NCBI GenBank assembly: GCA_001779095.1
Contig: MFJD01000004.1
Location: 116,876 to 167,329, forward strand
From: Candidatus Gottesmanbacteria bacterium RBG_16_52_11
GTDB taxonomy: Bacteria; Patescibacteriota; Microgenomatia; UBA10105; UBA927
Direction: 5' to 3'
Length of the DNA: 50,454 nucleotides
Positions within the stretch are counted from its first letter, which is position 1. Each line of letters starts with the position of its first letter. A program made the position numbers and the translations under genes. Below are positions 17,296 to 27,237 of this stretch, piece after piece. The notes under the pieces are model-generated. The model made no database searches and was not told the DNA's origin. It saw only the letters and a list, made by a program, of their open reading frames with translations.

Positions 17296-18591
17296 TTATC
17301 GGTCCTGAAGTATTGTCTGAGCTGCAGTCTGTCCCAGTTCCACCGCGTAATTGGTACCGCGGTCCCACGGTACGATGGAGTCCATGTTAGCCAGATACAT
17401 GCCCGGCAAAGGCGTTTTCAGATGCGGGATGCGGGCCGAGTATCCGGTCTGATGCACCGGCTGGGCAAAAGGCCCGGTAAACATGAAAGACCGGAATATT
17501 CCGGCCGGACTGAATTTCTTTTCCAGACGTCGGATGAACGGGGTATAAAGCTCGATTACCTGCGTCTTATCCATTTTCAGATACGCATGGTCGGGCGGCA
17601 GGTAATTGCCGAAATATGTCAGGTGCCGGTTGCCGTAGTGGCTTCTGTCCATGAAATTCGTATGGGCGACGGCTGCCAGAAACGGGAACGAGCGGTCATT
17701 AATATTGAGCCAATAGACCGAATTGAGGATTGGTTCAGCCGTTTCCAGTATTAATAGATGTGCATGCAGGTGGGGAATCGTTTCCGCCGGCCGGAGGTAC
17801 GCCGGGGGCATCCCCGGGACGATTTTTGCAACCAGCGGAGTCGGTATCGTCAGAAGCACCCTGTCCGCACGGACCGGGGTACCGCTGCCGGTAACAGAGA
17901 AACCAGGCCGGGCACCTGGCCCGCTTTCCGGCTCAATCCGGGTGACGGCTGAGCCGGTCCGGATGATGCCGCCGGATGATCGGATCAGGTCCGCCATTTT
18001 TACAACCAGCGTCTGAAAGCCGCCGCGGATATATCCCAGCCTGGTCGTCCGTTTCCTGATCCGTGCCCAGAGCCAGGACGCGGCCACTGTCGGCGCCAGC
18101 TCACCGAATTTACCGTATAAGAGCGGCTGCCAGATCGTCCCCCAGGCCAGGCTGCCGCCCAGGGTGCGGAAGACGGTTTCCGCAGTATATCGTTCCAGAG
18201 GTCGCCAGAAAGGATTGAGTTTAGCTCCCGCCAGTACGAGTCCGGTTCTGATCCGGTCGGTGAAGGGGAGTACCGGAAACCTGAGAAGGCTCAGGGGCGA
18301 ATCCAGCTGATACATACGGCCGTTGACATAGGTGGCAGTCACGGGACGCCTGATGATCAGATCCCTTTCCATTCCGACTGACCCGGCCAGGGCAATCAGC
18401 GATGCGTCGTTGGTGAAAAAATGGTGGTAGGCAAATTCGAGGTGCCAGTCCCAGCCGGCTTCCCGGAATCCGTGAGCCAATCCGCCCAGTACCGGTTCCT
18501 TTTCCAGAAGCGTGACTTGGTGGCCGGCTGAGATAAGCCGTAAAGCTGCTGATAGCCCGGTAAAGCCCCCTCCGATAACCGCGATCTTCAT
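17296..18591 (-). CDS. NAD(P)/FAD-dependent oxidoreductase (amine oxidase / phytoene desaturase-like Rossmann flavoenzyme)
   Basis: I prefer the ATG at 18591 (MKIAVIGGGFTGLSAALRLISAGHQVTLLEKEPVLGGLA), a classic dinucleotide-binding motif at the N-terminus. The track ORF extends 66 codons further upstream. Confidence 0.8.
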   Translation of the reverse strand: MKIAVIGGGFTGLSAALRLISAGHQVTLLEKEPVLGGLAHGFREAGWDWHLEFAYHHFFTNDASLIALAGSVGMERDLIIRRPVTATYVNGRMYQLDSPLSLLRFPVLPFTDRIRTGLVLAGAKLNPFWRPLERYTAETVFRTLGGSLAWGTIWQPLLYGKFGELAPTVAASWLWARIRKRTTRLGYIRGGFQTLVVKMADLIRSSGGIIRTGSAVTRIEPESGPGARPGFSVTGSGTPVRADRVLLTIPTPLVAKIVPGMPPAYLRPAETIPHLHAHLLILETAEPILNSVYWLNINDRSFPFLAAVAHTNFMDRSHYGNRHLTYFGNYLPPDHAYLKMDKTQVIELYTPFIRRLEKKFSPAGIFRSFMFTGPFAQPVHQTGYSARIPHLKTPLPGMYLANMDSIVPWDRGTNYAVELGQTAAQTILQDR

Positions 18592-18697
18592 TCCCGTATT
18601 GTAACAAAGTTGAGCCTGCCTGGTTCCGTATATGCCGCCATGATATACTGTGGGAAATTTCCGCCCACCGCAGGGCAGCGTACTTATACCGAACCGT

Positions 18698-19630
18698 ATG
18701 CATACATTCTCCGCAGTCGTAACGAGTTTACGTCCCCGGCAGTGGATCAAGAATTTAGGGACATTTACACCGCTTTTCTTTTCCGGCAACCTTTTTAATC
18801 CGGCGGGTTTTTACTGGACCGCAGTCGCGACAGTGGCGTTCTGTGCCGTGGCATCTTCAGGATACCTGTTTAACGACGTCATTGATGTCAGGTATGACCG
18901 GACTCATCCGTTTAAGAAATTCAGGGCTATCGCCAGCGGCGCGATTCCCGTCCCGAGCGCCATGGCTCTGGCATTGGCGCTGGCTTTGACCGGACTGACG
19001 GCGGCATACTGGGTCAACTGGCAGGTATTCGTCGCGGCACTTGCTTTCCTGATCATCCGTTATACCAACACTCTGGTCCTCAGGTATGTAGCGATAATCG
19101 ATATCCTGACTATTGCCATCGGTTATGTGATCAGGGTGTATGCGGGGGTGGCGGCCTCCGGATATTATATCTCGATCTGGCTGTCGTTGACGGTGATGTC
19201 GGTTTCACTGCTTCTGGCTATCGGCAAGCACCGGGCAGATCTCACCTTTGCCATGAAGAAACGCGGTAAAGCCGGTTCCTTTATATCTGAAAAAGTAAAG
19301 TACTCAGAACAGATGATTAATACCTATACGGCAATGTTTGCTACTTCGACTATTATCACCTATTCTTACTATTCTTTCCTGACCGAGCTGGCGGGTTTGG
19401 GATTTTTCGTCGGCAGGGACACGTGGTATGCCAGTTCCGTTTTTGACCGGAAATGGATGATGGCTACCATACCCTTCGTCATATACGGCGTGATGCGGTA
19501 CCTTCAGCTCATCTACGAAGAAGGGGAAGGGACGCTTGAGAAAATTATCACTACCGATATCCCGCTGATGATCACCTTCGGCGGCTGGTCGCTGGTATCG
19601 TTTCTGGTCATTTACGGAATCGGAGGCTGA
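18698..19630 (+). CDS. UbiA-family prenyltransferase, decaprenyl-phosphate phosphoribosyltransferase-like
   Basis: LRPRQWIKN, then NDVIDVRYDRTHPFKKFRAIASG (an NDxxDxxxD motif), and about 8 TM helices. I prefer the ATG at 18698 (MHTFSAVV...). Confidence 0.75.
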   Translation: MHTFSAVVTSLRPRQWIKNLGTFTPLFFSGNLFNPAGFYWTAVATVAFCAVASSGYLFNDVIDVRYDRTHPFKKFRAIASGAIPVPSAMALALALALTGLTAAYWVNWQVFVAALAFLIIRYTNTLVLRYVAIIDILTIAIGYVIRVYAGVAASGYYISIWLSLTVMSVSLLLAIGKHRADLTFAMKKRGKAGSFISEKVKYSEQMINTYTAMFATSTIITYSYYSFLTELAGLGFFVGRDTWYASSVFDRKWMMATIPFVIYGVMRYLQLIYEEGEGTLEKIITTDIPLMITFGGWSLVSFLVIYGIGG

Positions 19631-20214
19631 TGAGCAAGTCCCGACCGGTAGTGAAAATCGGCATCGACTTTGACGGAGTCCTGGCATATAACCCTTTCCG
19701 GATTATCCGGGCACCCATTACTTATGTTAAACGCCGGTTTTTCGGGATCCGGAAGCTCCGGTTTTATGTCCCGAATACCCCGTTTGAGCGTTTTGTGTGG
19801 GCGCTGCTTCACGAGTCATCGGTGCTGCCGGCGCGGGGAATCCGACTGCTACCGGAATTGGCGGCCCGTCCTGACGTAAAGCTGTACCTGGTGACCGCAC
19901 GGTTCGGGTATCTCCAGCCGTCGCTTTACCGCTGGCTCGACCGTCACGGGGTGCGTGACCTGTTTGCCGACATCCTCATTAACCGCCGGGACGAGCAGCC
20001 GCATGAGCATAAGCTCCAGACGATCAACCGGTTAGGGCTGAATTACTATATTGAAGACAACTGGGATATCGTTGAGTATCTGCAGGGCAGGACCGATACC
20101 CGGGTGATGTGGATTTACAATATTGCCGACCGGCATTACGGGTACCCGGACAAATACCCGTTCCTTGAGGCTGCGCTAGGCGAAGTCCGGCATAACCTGC
20201 CGGAGCGGAAGTGA
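19630..20214 (+). CDS. HAD-superfamily hydrolase/phosphatase
   Basis: The N-terminal nucleophile motif is KIGIDFDGVLAYNP (DxDG). The start overlaps the UbiA stop (TGATG: stop 19628-19630, start 19630-19632). Confidence 0.6.
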   Translation: MSKSRPVVKIGIDFDGVLAYNPFRIIRAPITYVKRRFFGIRKLRFYVPNTPFERFVWALLHESSVLPARGIRLLPELAARPDVKLYLVTARFGYLQPSLYRWLDRHGVRDLFADILINRRDEQPHEHKLQTINRLGLNYYIEDNWDIVEYLQGRTDTRVMWIYNIADRHYGYPDKYPFLEAALGEVRHNLPERK

Positions 20215-20218
20215 TTTC

Positions 20219-21352
20219 ATGGAGAGAACTAAACCCCGCGTACTATTTCTTCTGACATATTACCGGCCACACTGGACCGGACTGACCCAGTATGCGGCGC
20301 GACTGGCCGAAGGTTTAGCCGGATCGGGATACGATGTATCGGTAGTGACAACCAGGCATGACGGAAGTCTGCCGGGCCGGGAAATGATCCGCGGAGTACG
20401 GATTCTGCGAAGCCCGGTGCTATTCCGTTTTTCCCGGACACTGATTTCTCCGGCAATGTTTCCGGTATTCGTCAGGGAGTTGTTAAACTGCGACAGGGTG
20501 ATCATATTCCTGCCGTTTGCGGAGGTGGCGCTGGCGGCAATAATTGCCAGAGGATTCGGAAAACCGGTGTATCTGGTGCATAACGGCGATCTCAGGCTAC
20601 CAGCCGGCGTGATTAACCGGATACTTGAGTCAACTTATACTGTAAGTACGCTGATCGGGATGTTTGCTTCCCGGGCTATCGTCGGCCAGTCGAAAGACTA
20701 TAGTGAAAATTCTGCAGTGCTATCGAAAGCCGGAACTAAACTGCGGATCATTCCGCCCCTGTTTCCACCTGATTATGTATCAGCACCCCGAAATCAAAAA
20801 CCGGTGAGACGCAAGGCATATACCGTCGGATTTGCCGGAAGATTCGTTGAGGAAAAGGGATTTGACAGGTTGATCCGGGCAGCACCCCTGGTCTGGGAAA
20901 AGCTGCCGGATACCCGCTTCGTCTACGCCGGAGAGACGAAAATGTCATACGAACAATTTTTTGAAAGATTTGAGCAGGATATTGCCGGACTTGGTAACCG
21001 GATGACCATGTCAGGCAGACTGGATGAGGCGGGAATGCGCGGTTTTTACCGAACACTGGATGTGCTGGTGGTTCCGTCCCGGAGCGACTGCTTCCCGTCA
21101 GTACTGGTTGAGGGAATGCTCTCCGGGGTTCCGGCCGTGGTTGCCGATATACCGGGGGCCAGAAGTCCGGTCCGTCAAACCGGAATGGGGGAGACAGTCG
21201 ACGCTGCCGATCCGGCGGCGCTGGCCGGGGCAATCATCAGGGTCCTGACGCATAAAAGCGTGTATACTCGGAACTGGAAGAAAGTTACCGGGGAATTTTC
21301 TTATGAGCGGACTCTCCGCGAATACCGATCGCTTCTTGAGCCGGGAGATTGA
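20219..21352 (+). CDS. Glycosyltransferase family 4 (GT-B fold)
   Basis: VLFLLTYYRPHWTGLTQYAARLAEGLAGSGYDVSVVT at the N-terminus, and LDVLVVPSRSDCFPSVLVEGMLSGVPAVVADIPG (EX7E region) at the C-terminus. Confidence 0.85.
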   Translation: MERTKPRVLFLLTYYRPHWTGLTQYAARLAEGLAGSGYDVSVVTTRHDGSLPGREMIRGVRILRSPVLFRFSRTLISPAMFPVFVRELLNCDRVIIFLPFAEVALAAIIARGFGKPVYLVHNGDLRLPAGVINRILESTYTVSTLIGMFASRAIVGQSKDYSENSAVLSKAGTKLRIIPPLFPPDYVSAPRNQKPVRRKAYTVGFAGRFVEEKGFDRLIRAAPLVWEKLPDTRFVYAGETKMSYEQFFERFEQDIAGLGNRMTMSGRLDEAGMRGFYRTLDVLVVPSRSDCFPSVLVEGMLSGVPAVVADIPGARSPVRQTGMGETVDAADPAALAGAIIRVLTHKSVYTRNWKKVTGEFSYERTLREYRSLLEPGD

Positions 21353-22175
21353 TCCGGCTTTTGCCAGGCGGGCAGCTCTGGTCCTGAATAATCTTGAGGT
21401 AGCTGGAGGAGATAAAATTCTGGATATCGGCTGCGGTAGGGGATTTTATGTCGTCGCTGCCGCGTCTGCCTGGCCGCAGGCCCGGATTACCGGGATTGAC
21501 ACCGTCAGGAAATACCTGGAAATTGCCGGAAATGCCATCCGGCACCTGAAACTCGGCAATGCTCAGGTCCGTCATGCTGACGGCATGAGGTTGCCCTTTA
21601 CGTCGGATTCATTTGACCGGATCATCTGCTCCGAGGTGCTAGAGCATGTTGCATCGGACACCCGACTGGTTTCGGAAATGCTGCGGGTTCTGAAACCCGG
21701 CGGCATAGCCCTTATTACAGTTCCGTCAGCCCATTATCCGTTCCTCTGGGATCCGCTGAATTTCTGCCTTGAAGCATTTACCGGGCAGCATATACCGTCC
21801 CGCATCTGGTGGCTGGCCGGGATCTGGGCCGATCATGTCCGGCTCTACCGCAGTCATGATCTGACGGCGCTTCTGTCAGCGGCGGGTTTTTCGGTCGACA
21901 AAATCTGGTACTCCACCCGGTTCTGTTTCCCGTTCAGTCATTTCCTGCTATACGGGATCGGAAAAAATCTGGTAGAGCGCGGTATGGTCGGATCCGGTTT
22001 CGACCGGTTCAGCATTCAGAGCCCGCCGACAGCACCGGCGCGGATAGCCCGGGCGGTACTGCGGATAGCGGACTGCTTCAATGACACTACGGAAATGCTA
22101 AGCGAACCAAGCCGTTTCGTTAATCTGGTATGTAAAGTCAGAAAGCCCCGGACAAAAAAGCAGCTTCCGTCATGA
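21303..22175 (+). CDS. Class I SAM-dependent methyltransferase
   Basis: Motif I is ILDIGCGRGFY. Also present are FDRIICSEVLEHV and LKPGGIALITVP. It overlaps the preceding gene by 50 nt. Confidence 0.85.
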   Translation: MSGLSANTDRFLSREIDPAFARRAALVLNNLEVAGGDKILDIGCGRGFYVVAAASAWPQARITGIDTVRKYLEIAGNAIRHLKLGNAQVRHADGMRLPFTSDSFDRIICSEVLEHVASDTRLVSEMLRVLKPGGIALITVPSAHYPFLWDPLNFCLEAFTGQHIPSRIWWLAGIWADHVRLYRSHDLTALLSAAGFSVDKIWYSTRFCFPFSHFLLYGIGKNLVERGMVGSGFDRFSIQSPPTAPARIARAVLRIADCFNDTTEMLSEPSRFVNLVCKVRKPRTKKQLPS

Positions 22176-23728
22176 AAAAATCCTTTCTTCAGCTGTCTGC
22201 CGTGATTGGCATCTATCTGATTGCGGCACTTTATAAACTCAGTGAAATACCGGGCGAATGGTACGGTGATATCACCGCCCTTCAAAGCCAGGTCAGCGAA
22301 ATCCTGAAGGGTTCATTCCCGCTCGGATTCCTACTGGGATCAGGCCCCTTGTATCCTTATTTCGCGGCCGTTTTCGTAAAATTTCTTGGCGTTTCCTATA
22401 TGACATATAAAGTCGCGACGGTCTCTGCCGGCGCTGTCGGACTGACATTGACATACGCATACGCCCGGGAATTAGGCGGCAGAAGGCTGGCGGTGGTATC
22501 CGGAATTCTCCTTTCTGTATCCAGCTGGTACCTGGCGTGGGCCCGGCTGGGAAGTACGCCGGTAATGGCCACTCCGGTCCTGTCTGCCGGCATGATGCTT
22601 TGCCTTCTCAGGTACCACCGCAGCGGCCGGGTCATCTGGCTCGGAACCGGAGCCTTACTGTCGGGGTTGGGGCTTTTCACTTATCCCGGAGCTTATTTCT
22701 ATCCGCTGACTTACCTTGCCGCCTTTGTAATACTCCGCCTGAGAACTCTGATTAACATCCGGACGGCAAAGGAACTGACAGTCATCGCACTTTGTCTGAT
22801 ACCCCTGATTACCGGTTTTACCAGAATTGTTCTGTCACAGCCGGCGCAGTTTCTGGATAAACAGGGTTACCTCGGCGCAAAACTATTTCCGGCGCTATCG
22901 CAGGATTCCAACGTTGTTGCTGCTAAACTGGCTGCAAATGCAGCAAAAACATGGGGCAGTTTCCTTTTCACGGGGGACATAATTTTCCGGACAAATGTGC
23001 CGGGATCACCGCACCTGGATCCGGTCAGCGGGGTGCTTTTTTTTACCGGAATACTGATACTTCTGATAAGCCGAAACCAGAGGAAATTGGTGCCGTTTCT
23101 GATCATTCCGCTGTTATTAATCCCGGTACCGTCCATGTCGCCGGCGCTTCCTGACGGAGAAGTACCCAGCATCACGCGGACTTACGGTATGCTGCCGTTC
23201 GTTGTCATCACTGCAGGCATCGGTATTCTGGCTGCAGGGGAATGGGTAAGGAAAAGAACCGGAAAATACCATTCTCAGATCGTAATCGGGATTATCGTGA
23301 TTACAGCTGCGGTTTTTAACCTCAATAAATACTTTTCCCAATATCCTAAAAGTCTTCCGAACCGCAACTCACCTTATGGCAGGATCATTGCCGACAATAT
23401 CGATACGCTGCAGCCGGAGATGCCTGTTTACATGCCGGGCTGTTGTTGGGGGGAATGGGGGCAGCCGGAAGTGCACGGCGTTTATTATGTTCTGAAAAAT
23501 AAAACCGGTAGGGAAAACATTATTCTGGACCAATACCAGCTTACCTGCCGGGAAATCGACACGGCAAACGGCGCCCTGATTATTCTGGATCCCGGCGATA
23601 AGCTGAAAATAGGCCGGTTCACCTACTGTTTCCCCGGTGCCGCTGGTCAACTTCATACCGATAGGTACGGGCAAAAGGTATTTTATTCGCTTTTGGTCCC
23701 GCCGGGCATCCGGGGTATCGACCGCTAG
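22172..23728 (+). CDS. GT-C-like polytopic membrane glycosyltransferase (GT39/ArnT-like)
   Basis: 518 aa. ATGA start/stop overlap with the methyltransferase gene. The first loop reads SEIPGEWYGDIT, followed by about 11 TM helices and a C-terminal soluble domain. Confidence 0.65.
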   Translation: MKKSFLQLSAVIGIYLIAALYKLSEIPGEWYGDITALQSQVSEILKGSFPLGFLLGSGPLYPYFAAVFVKFLGVSYMTYKVATVSAGAVGLTLTYAYARELGGRRLAVVSGILLSVSSWYLAWARLGSTPVMATPVLSAGMMLCLLRYHRSGRVIWLGTGALLSGLGLFTYPGAYFYPLTYLAAFVILRLRTLINIRTAKELTVIALCLIPLITGFTRIVLSQPAQFLDKQGYLGAKLFPALSQDSNVVAAKLAANAAKTWGSFLFTGDIIFRTNVPGSPHLDPVSGVLFFTGILILLISRNQRKLVPFLIIPLLLIPVPSMSPALPDGEVPSITRTYGMLPFVVITAGIGILAAGEWVRKRTGKYHSQIVIGIIVITAAVFNLNKYFSQYPKSLPNRNSPYGRIIADNIDTLQPEMPVYMPGCCWGEWGQPEVHGVYYVLKNKTGRENIILDQYQLTCREIDTANGALIILDPGDKLKIGRFTYCFPGAAGQLHTDRYGQKVFYSLLVPPGIRGIDR

Positions 23729-23742
23729 ATCCGTGAACCGGT

Positions 23743-25524
23743 TCAGATATTTCCGGTGATCCGGCCGAAGATTTCCTGTCCGGTCAGCCGCTCCTGGTTA
23801 TGAAGAATTATCACCTTCGGATGATCATAGACAGTCCAGGTTTCATCCATATAGTCGTCGACGAAGGAAACGCCCGATTGCGGGCAGTCATCGAAACGAC
23901 TGACAATTTCCCCGTACGTACCAAACGGCAACCGGATGCAGACTGACGCTGCCGGCAATGCCAGATTGGGACGGGATGTGAACTGGGCAGCGATTTCATA
24001 CCCGAGACTTCCGTTGATCAGTTTTTCATAATACGTCCGGCTTTGGGGAAATCTGACCGGCAGGCGGGTCAGGGAACCGTAGGCACGGTTGCTTGACAGG
24101 GTAACGAAATCAGCTTCAGCAAGAACTGTGGCGACGGATTTCCATTTCTCCACGTTGTCCGGACCGAATACCGGCAATTCCCGGATTCTGTAATCCTCCT
24201 TTAATTTACCGGTCAGGGAAATCGGCAGGTAGTCATCCCAGTGTTCGCCGGCTATGACGGATCCTTTGGGAGCCGCGGCATAAATCCAGCGGGAAGCTGC
24301 TATCCGGGTGTGGGGTTTCAGATAGATGCCGGTAACCGCCACCGGCCAGACAATGAGCGCTGCCATAACCAGTGCCGTAACGGATGCGCCGCGGCGGATC
24401 CGACCGGAAAAAACAGAGAGCGCAACACCGGAGATAACCGCGATCAGAGGATACAGGACATAGAAGTACCGGATTGCTTTTGCAGTCTGTACACCGTGAT
24501 AGATAAAAACGGTAACCAGCGCTGCCGAAATGACCACGAATACTGATTTTCTGATCCGGCTGAGATTACGGATCAGGAAAATGCCGGCCCAGATTGAAAG
24601 GAGCGCATGTGGCAGCCCCAGTCCGACAAAAACCAGATTCATAAGCGGGTAAATGATCGGGATCGTGCCATCCCATTGTAGGGCAGGCGGAAACATCGCA
24701 CCCGGCGTATCGAAAGATTTCAATTCCTGCCAGTTTTTCAGTACTTTCGGATTCAGGGTCAATGAACCGGAGGAAAAAAGATACGGATAGGCAATCCGTA
24801 CGGTCACCGCCAGCAGCAGTGTAAACCCGAGAACGGAGAGGACAGACCTGACTACGTTCCGGTGCCGGATAAACCTGATCAGGAAAGAAACCGCTACGGC
24901 CGGTAAAACCAGCGCGGCGGAAATTTTACTGGCTACAGCCAGACCGAATGCCACCGCCGACGGATTTTCCCGGCGGGAAACGATAAGTGTCAGTCCGAGT
25001 ACCGCAAACAGCGTCAGGTAAGGATCGACGGTGAAAAAATGCGATATCTGGATCGGCAGGGCCATAGTGGCATAAACAAATGCGGCCATAATGCCAGCCT
25101 GCGGTAAACCGGACATGAGTTTTGCCAGCCGGTATACCAGAAGCAGGACCACCAGATCACAGACCGCCGACATCGCCCGGCCGGTGAGCGTCAGGTTCAT
25201 GTAGTCTCCGGATTTAAGAAGCTCTGCTACGGCTTTCACCATTATGACCGGTAAAGTCCCGTAAACATAGAATCCGCTGCCGATATTATGCGGATTCAGA
25301 CGGGACCGGGCGGTATCGAAGTATTCCGGTACCGATGCCGGCCATTTCATGGAAGTGGCCACCATGGTCAGAAAGCGCTCATCCGGGTGCAGGTGTGCGC
25401 CGGCATCCCAGTTGATCCCGGAGAACCGGAAGACTGCGGCCAGAATCAGGACCGTAATCAGCTGGGCCGGAACGGATATGCGCAGCCAAAACGTCCATAT
25501 TTTCCCGTGCGGTGTTTTATCCAT
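23743..25524 (-). CDS. GT-C-like polytopic membrane glycosyltransferase (GT39/PMT_2-like)
   Basis: 593 aa. The first loop is INWDAGAHLHPDERFLTMV. There are many TM helices and a C-terminal soluble domain. A 3-nt gap separates it from the upstream gene. Confidence 0.7.
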   Translation of the reverse strand: MDKTPHGKIWTFWLRISVPAQLITVLILAAVFRFSGINWDAGAHLHPDERFLTMVATSMKWPASVPEYFDTARSRLNPHNIGSGFYVYGTLPVIMVKAVAELLKSGDYMNLTLTGRAMSAVCDLVVLLLVYRLAKLMSGLPQAGIMAAFVYATMALPIQISHFFTVDPYLTLFAVLGLTLIVSRRENPSAVAFGLAVASKISAALVLPAVAVSFLIRFIRHRNVVRSVLSVLGFTLLLAVTVRIAYPYLFSSGSLTLNPKVLKNWQELKSFDTPGAMFPPALQWDGTIPIIYPLMNLVFVGLGLPHALLSIWAGIFLIRNLSRIRKSVFVVISAALVTVFIYHGVQTAKAIRYFYVLYPLIAVISGVALSVFSGRIRRGASVTALVMAALIVWPVAVTGIYLKPHTRIAASRWIYAAAPKGSVIAGEHWDDYLPISLTGKLKEDYRIRELPVFGPDNVEKWKSVATVLAEADFVTLSSNRAYGSLTRLPVRFPQSRTYYEKLINGSLGYEIAAQFTSRPNLALPAASVCIRLPFGTYGEIVSRFDDCPQSGVSFVDDYMDETWTVYDHPKVIILHNQERLTGQEIFGRITGNI

Positions 25525-25527
25525 ATT

Positions 25528-27201
25528 TCAGAGCCCGGGACAGATATCGCTGACCCGGTAAATACTGACGCCGGTATCTGAATTGCGGTAAGACGGGCGG
25601 AAGCTGCCTTTCCAGAGCGACCAGTTAACCTTGATAAATCCTTCAGGCTTGTCGCTGAGTTCTACCAGGTCAATGGATTGCCCGCTTAGTATACGGCAGG
25701 CAGTATTCCCGTCGGGCGCATTATAGATGGCGTTCATTATTTCCTCCCGGGCATCCTTGTCATAGCCGTAGGACCAGGTGAAGTAAGCGTATCCGGAGTA
25801 AATATCCCGTCCGACCAGTGAGGCCGGATGGTAGAACCAGTTGCTGTTAAGAACCAGGTCGTCAGGAGCGCTGTGATTGAGAAAGTATACGGCTTCCGGA
25901 ACCACGGGATAGTCGTACAGGCCGCCGATCCGGTCGTTGGCTATAACGGAAATGTCGATGATTCCCGAAACCGTAACCAGGAAGATCAGGATTACGGTGA
26001 GAGTTTTGGGCAGTAATCTGCCGAAACCCCGGCCCAGCCGCCAAAGCCGGTACAGGGCCAGGGCGGAATAAGCCGAACCCATGATCACGACGAAATTGAA
26101 CAGCTTGTGGTTGTTGATCATATCCGGTGATAGCCTGAAAACATTAGGCAGTGCAAACAGCAACAGAAGCGGCAGCGCCAGCAATTTCAGCCGGCGGGAC
26201 GCCAGCAGGAATCCGGCCGGCATCAGAATCAGATGGAAGCCCAGGTTGTGCCACCAGTACCACAGGAATTTCCCCGCAGTTAACGGCTTTTCGATCAGGT
26301 ACCCCGGATCGATGCCGATTGCCGCCGGATCGGCGGTGATGTTGCGGTACACCAGAAAGGCGGGTACCAGGACGACGAAAGCGGAAAGCACCGGGAAACG
26401 CGCCGGCGGATGCAGGAAAAACAGGAAAAACAGGTAAGTTACCGCGATCAGAAGTGCCGCCTGATTAAGGAAAAACAGCGATCCGGCCAGGACTCCGACA
26501 CCGAGACCGGAGAGAAACCGGATTCTCAGGGGCTGTTTCGGATCATGGATTAACAGAATATAAATCACCGCCAGGCATACCGCAAAAGACAAAGCCAGAT
26601 GCCGCTGGTTCGTGTAAATATTGAAGTTCCAGAAAGCACTGACAGGGCCTCCGTCCCAGGGCCCGAAAGCCGGAAACCGGTCAGCCGAGAGGATTTCCAG
26701 CGGCGTTGCCGGCGACAGAGGATGAGCCCGGAAGAATTTCAGGAAAGCCAGCGATCCGTTGAAAAGGAAAAAAAGTACGGTCAGCAAAGCTACACCGGTA
26801 CTGGCAAACAACCGCCGGATCAGAAGAAACAGGAACACCAGAAGCCCGGACAGTCCCAGGGCACTGGGTATATTGACGGCCCAGTCGAACCGTAATCCGG
26901 CACGTTCCAGAACTCCCGCGATCATGTAGAAAAGGAAATGGTACCGGATTTTTTCTCCCGGAAACAGCGGGGACTGGGGAGCCTGCCAATGGGTAATCCG
27001 CCACCAGTTGCTGCCTATGGAGAACGACCGGACCAGCGGCAGGTGGGCACCGAAATCACTCCAGAGCGTTGATGCGATGCGGATGGTGTGCGTCTCCGGA
27101 TCGTATCCGAGGGTATGCAGCATCAGCCAGAAGGAAAAGACCAGAAATCCGGTAAACAGCAGTAATGTTCCGATCTGACGGCGTGGGAGTGCTGTCAACA
27201 T
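25528..27201 (-). CDS. Polytopic membrane protein, unclassified GT-C-like
   Basis: 557 aa. The first loop is TLWSDFGAHLPLVRSFSIGSNW. There are about 12 TM helices and a C-terminal soluble domain. Confidence 0.6.
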   Translation of the reverse strand: MLTALPRRQIGTLLLFTGFLVFSFWLMLHTLGYDPETHTIRIASTLWSDFGAHLPLVRSFSIGSNWWRITHWQAPQSPLFPGEKIRYHFLFYMIAGVLERAGLRFDWAVNIPSALGLSGLLVFLFLLIRRLFASTGVALLTVLFFLFNGSLAFLKFFRAHPLSPATPLEILSADRFPAFGPWDGGPVSAFWNFNIYTNQRHLALSFAVCLAVIYILLIHDPKQPLRIRFLSGLGVGVLAGSLFFLNQAALLIAVTYLFFLFFLHPPARFPVLSAFVVLVPAFLVYRNITADPAAIGIDPGYLIEKPLTAGKFLWYWWHNLGFHLILMPAGFLLASRRLKLLALPLLLLFALPNVFRLSPDMINNHKLFNFVVIMGSAYSALALYRLWRLGRGFGRLLPKTLTVILIFLVTVSGIIDISVIANDRIGGLYDYPVVPEAVYFLNHSAPDDLVLNSNWFYHPASLVGRDIYSGYAYFTWSYGYDKDAREEIMNAIYNAPDGNTACRILSGQSIDLVELSDKPEGFIKVNWSLWKGSFRPSYRNSDTGVSIYRVSDICPGL

Positions 27202-27237
27202 TTCTCAATTGTAGCACGGTGAGGGGACGCAGCCGGA

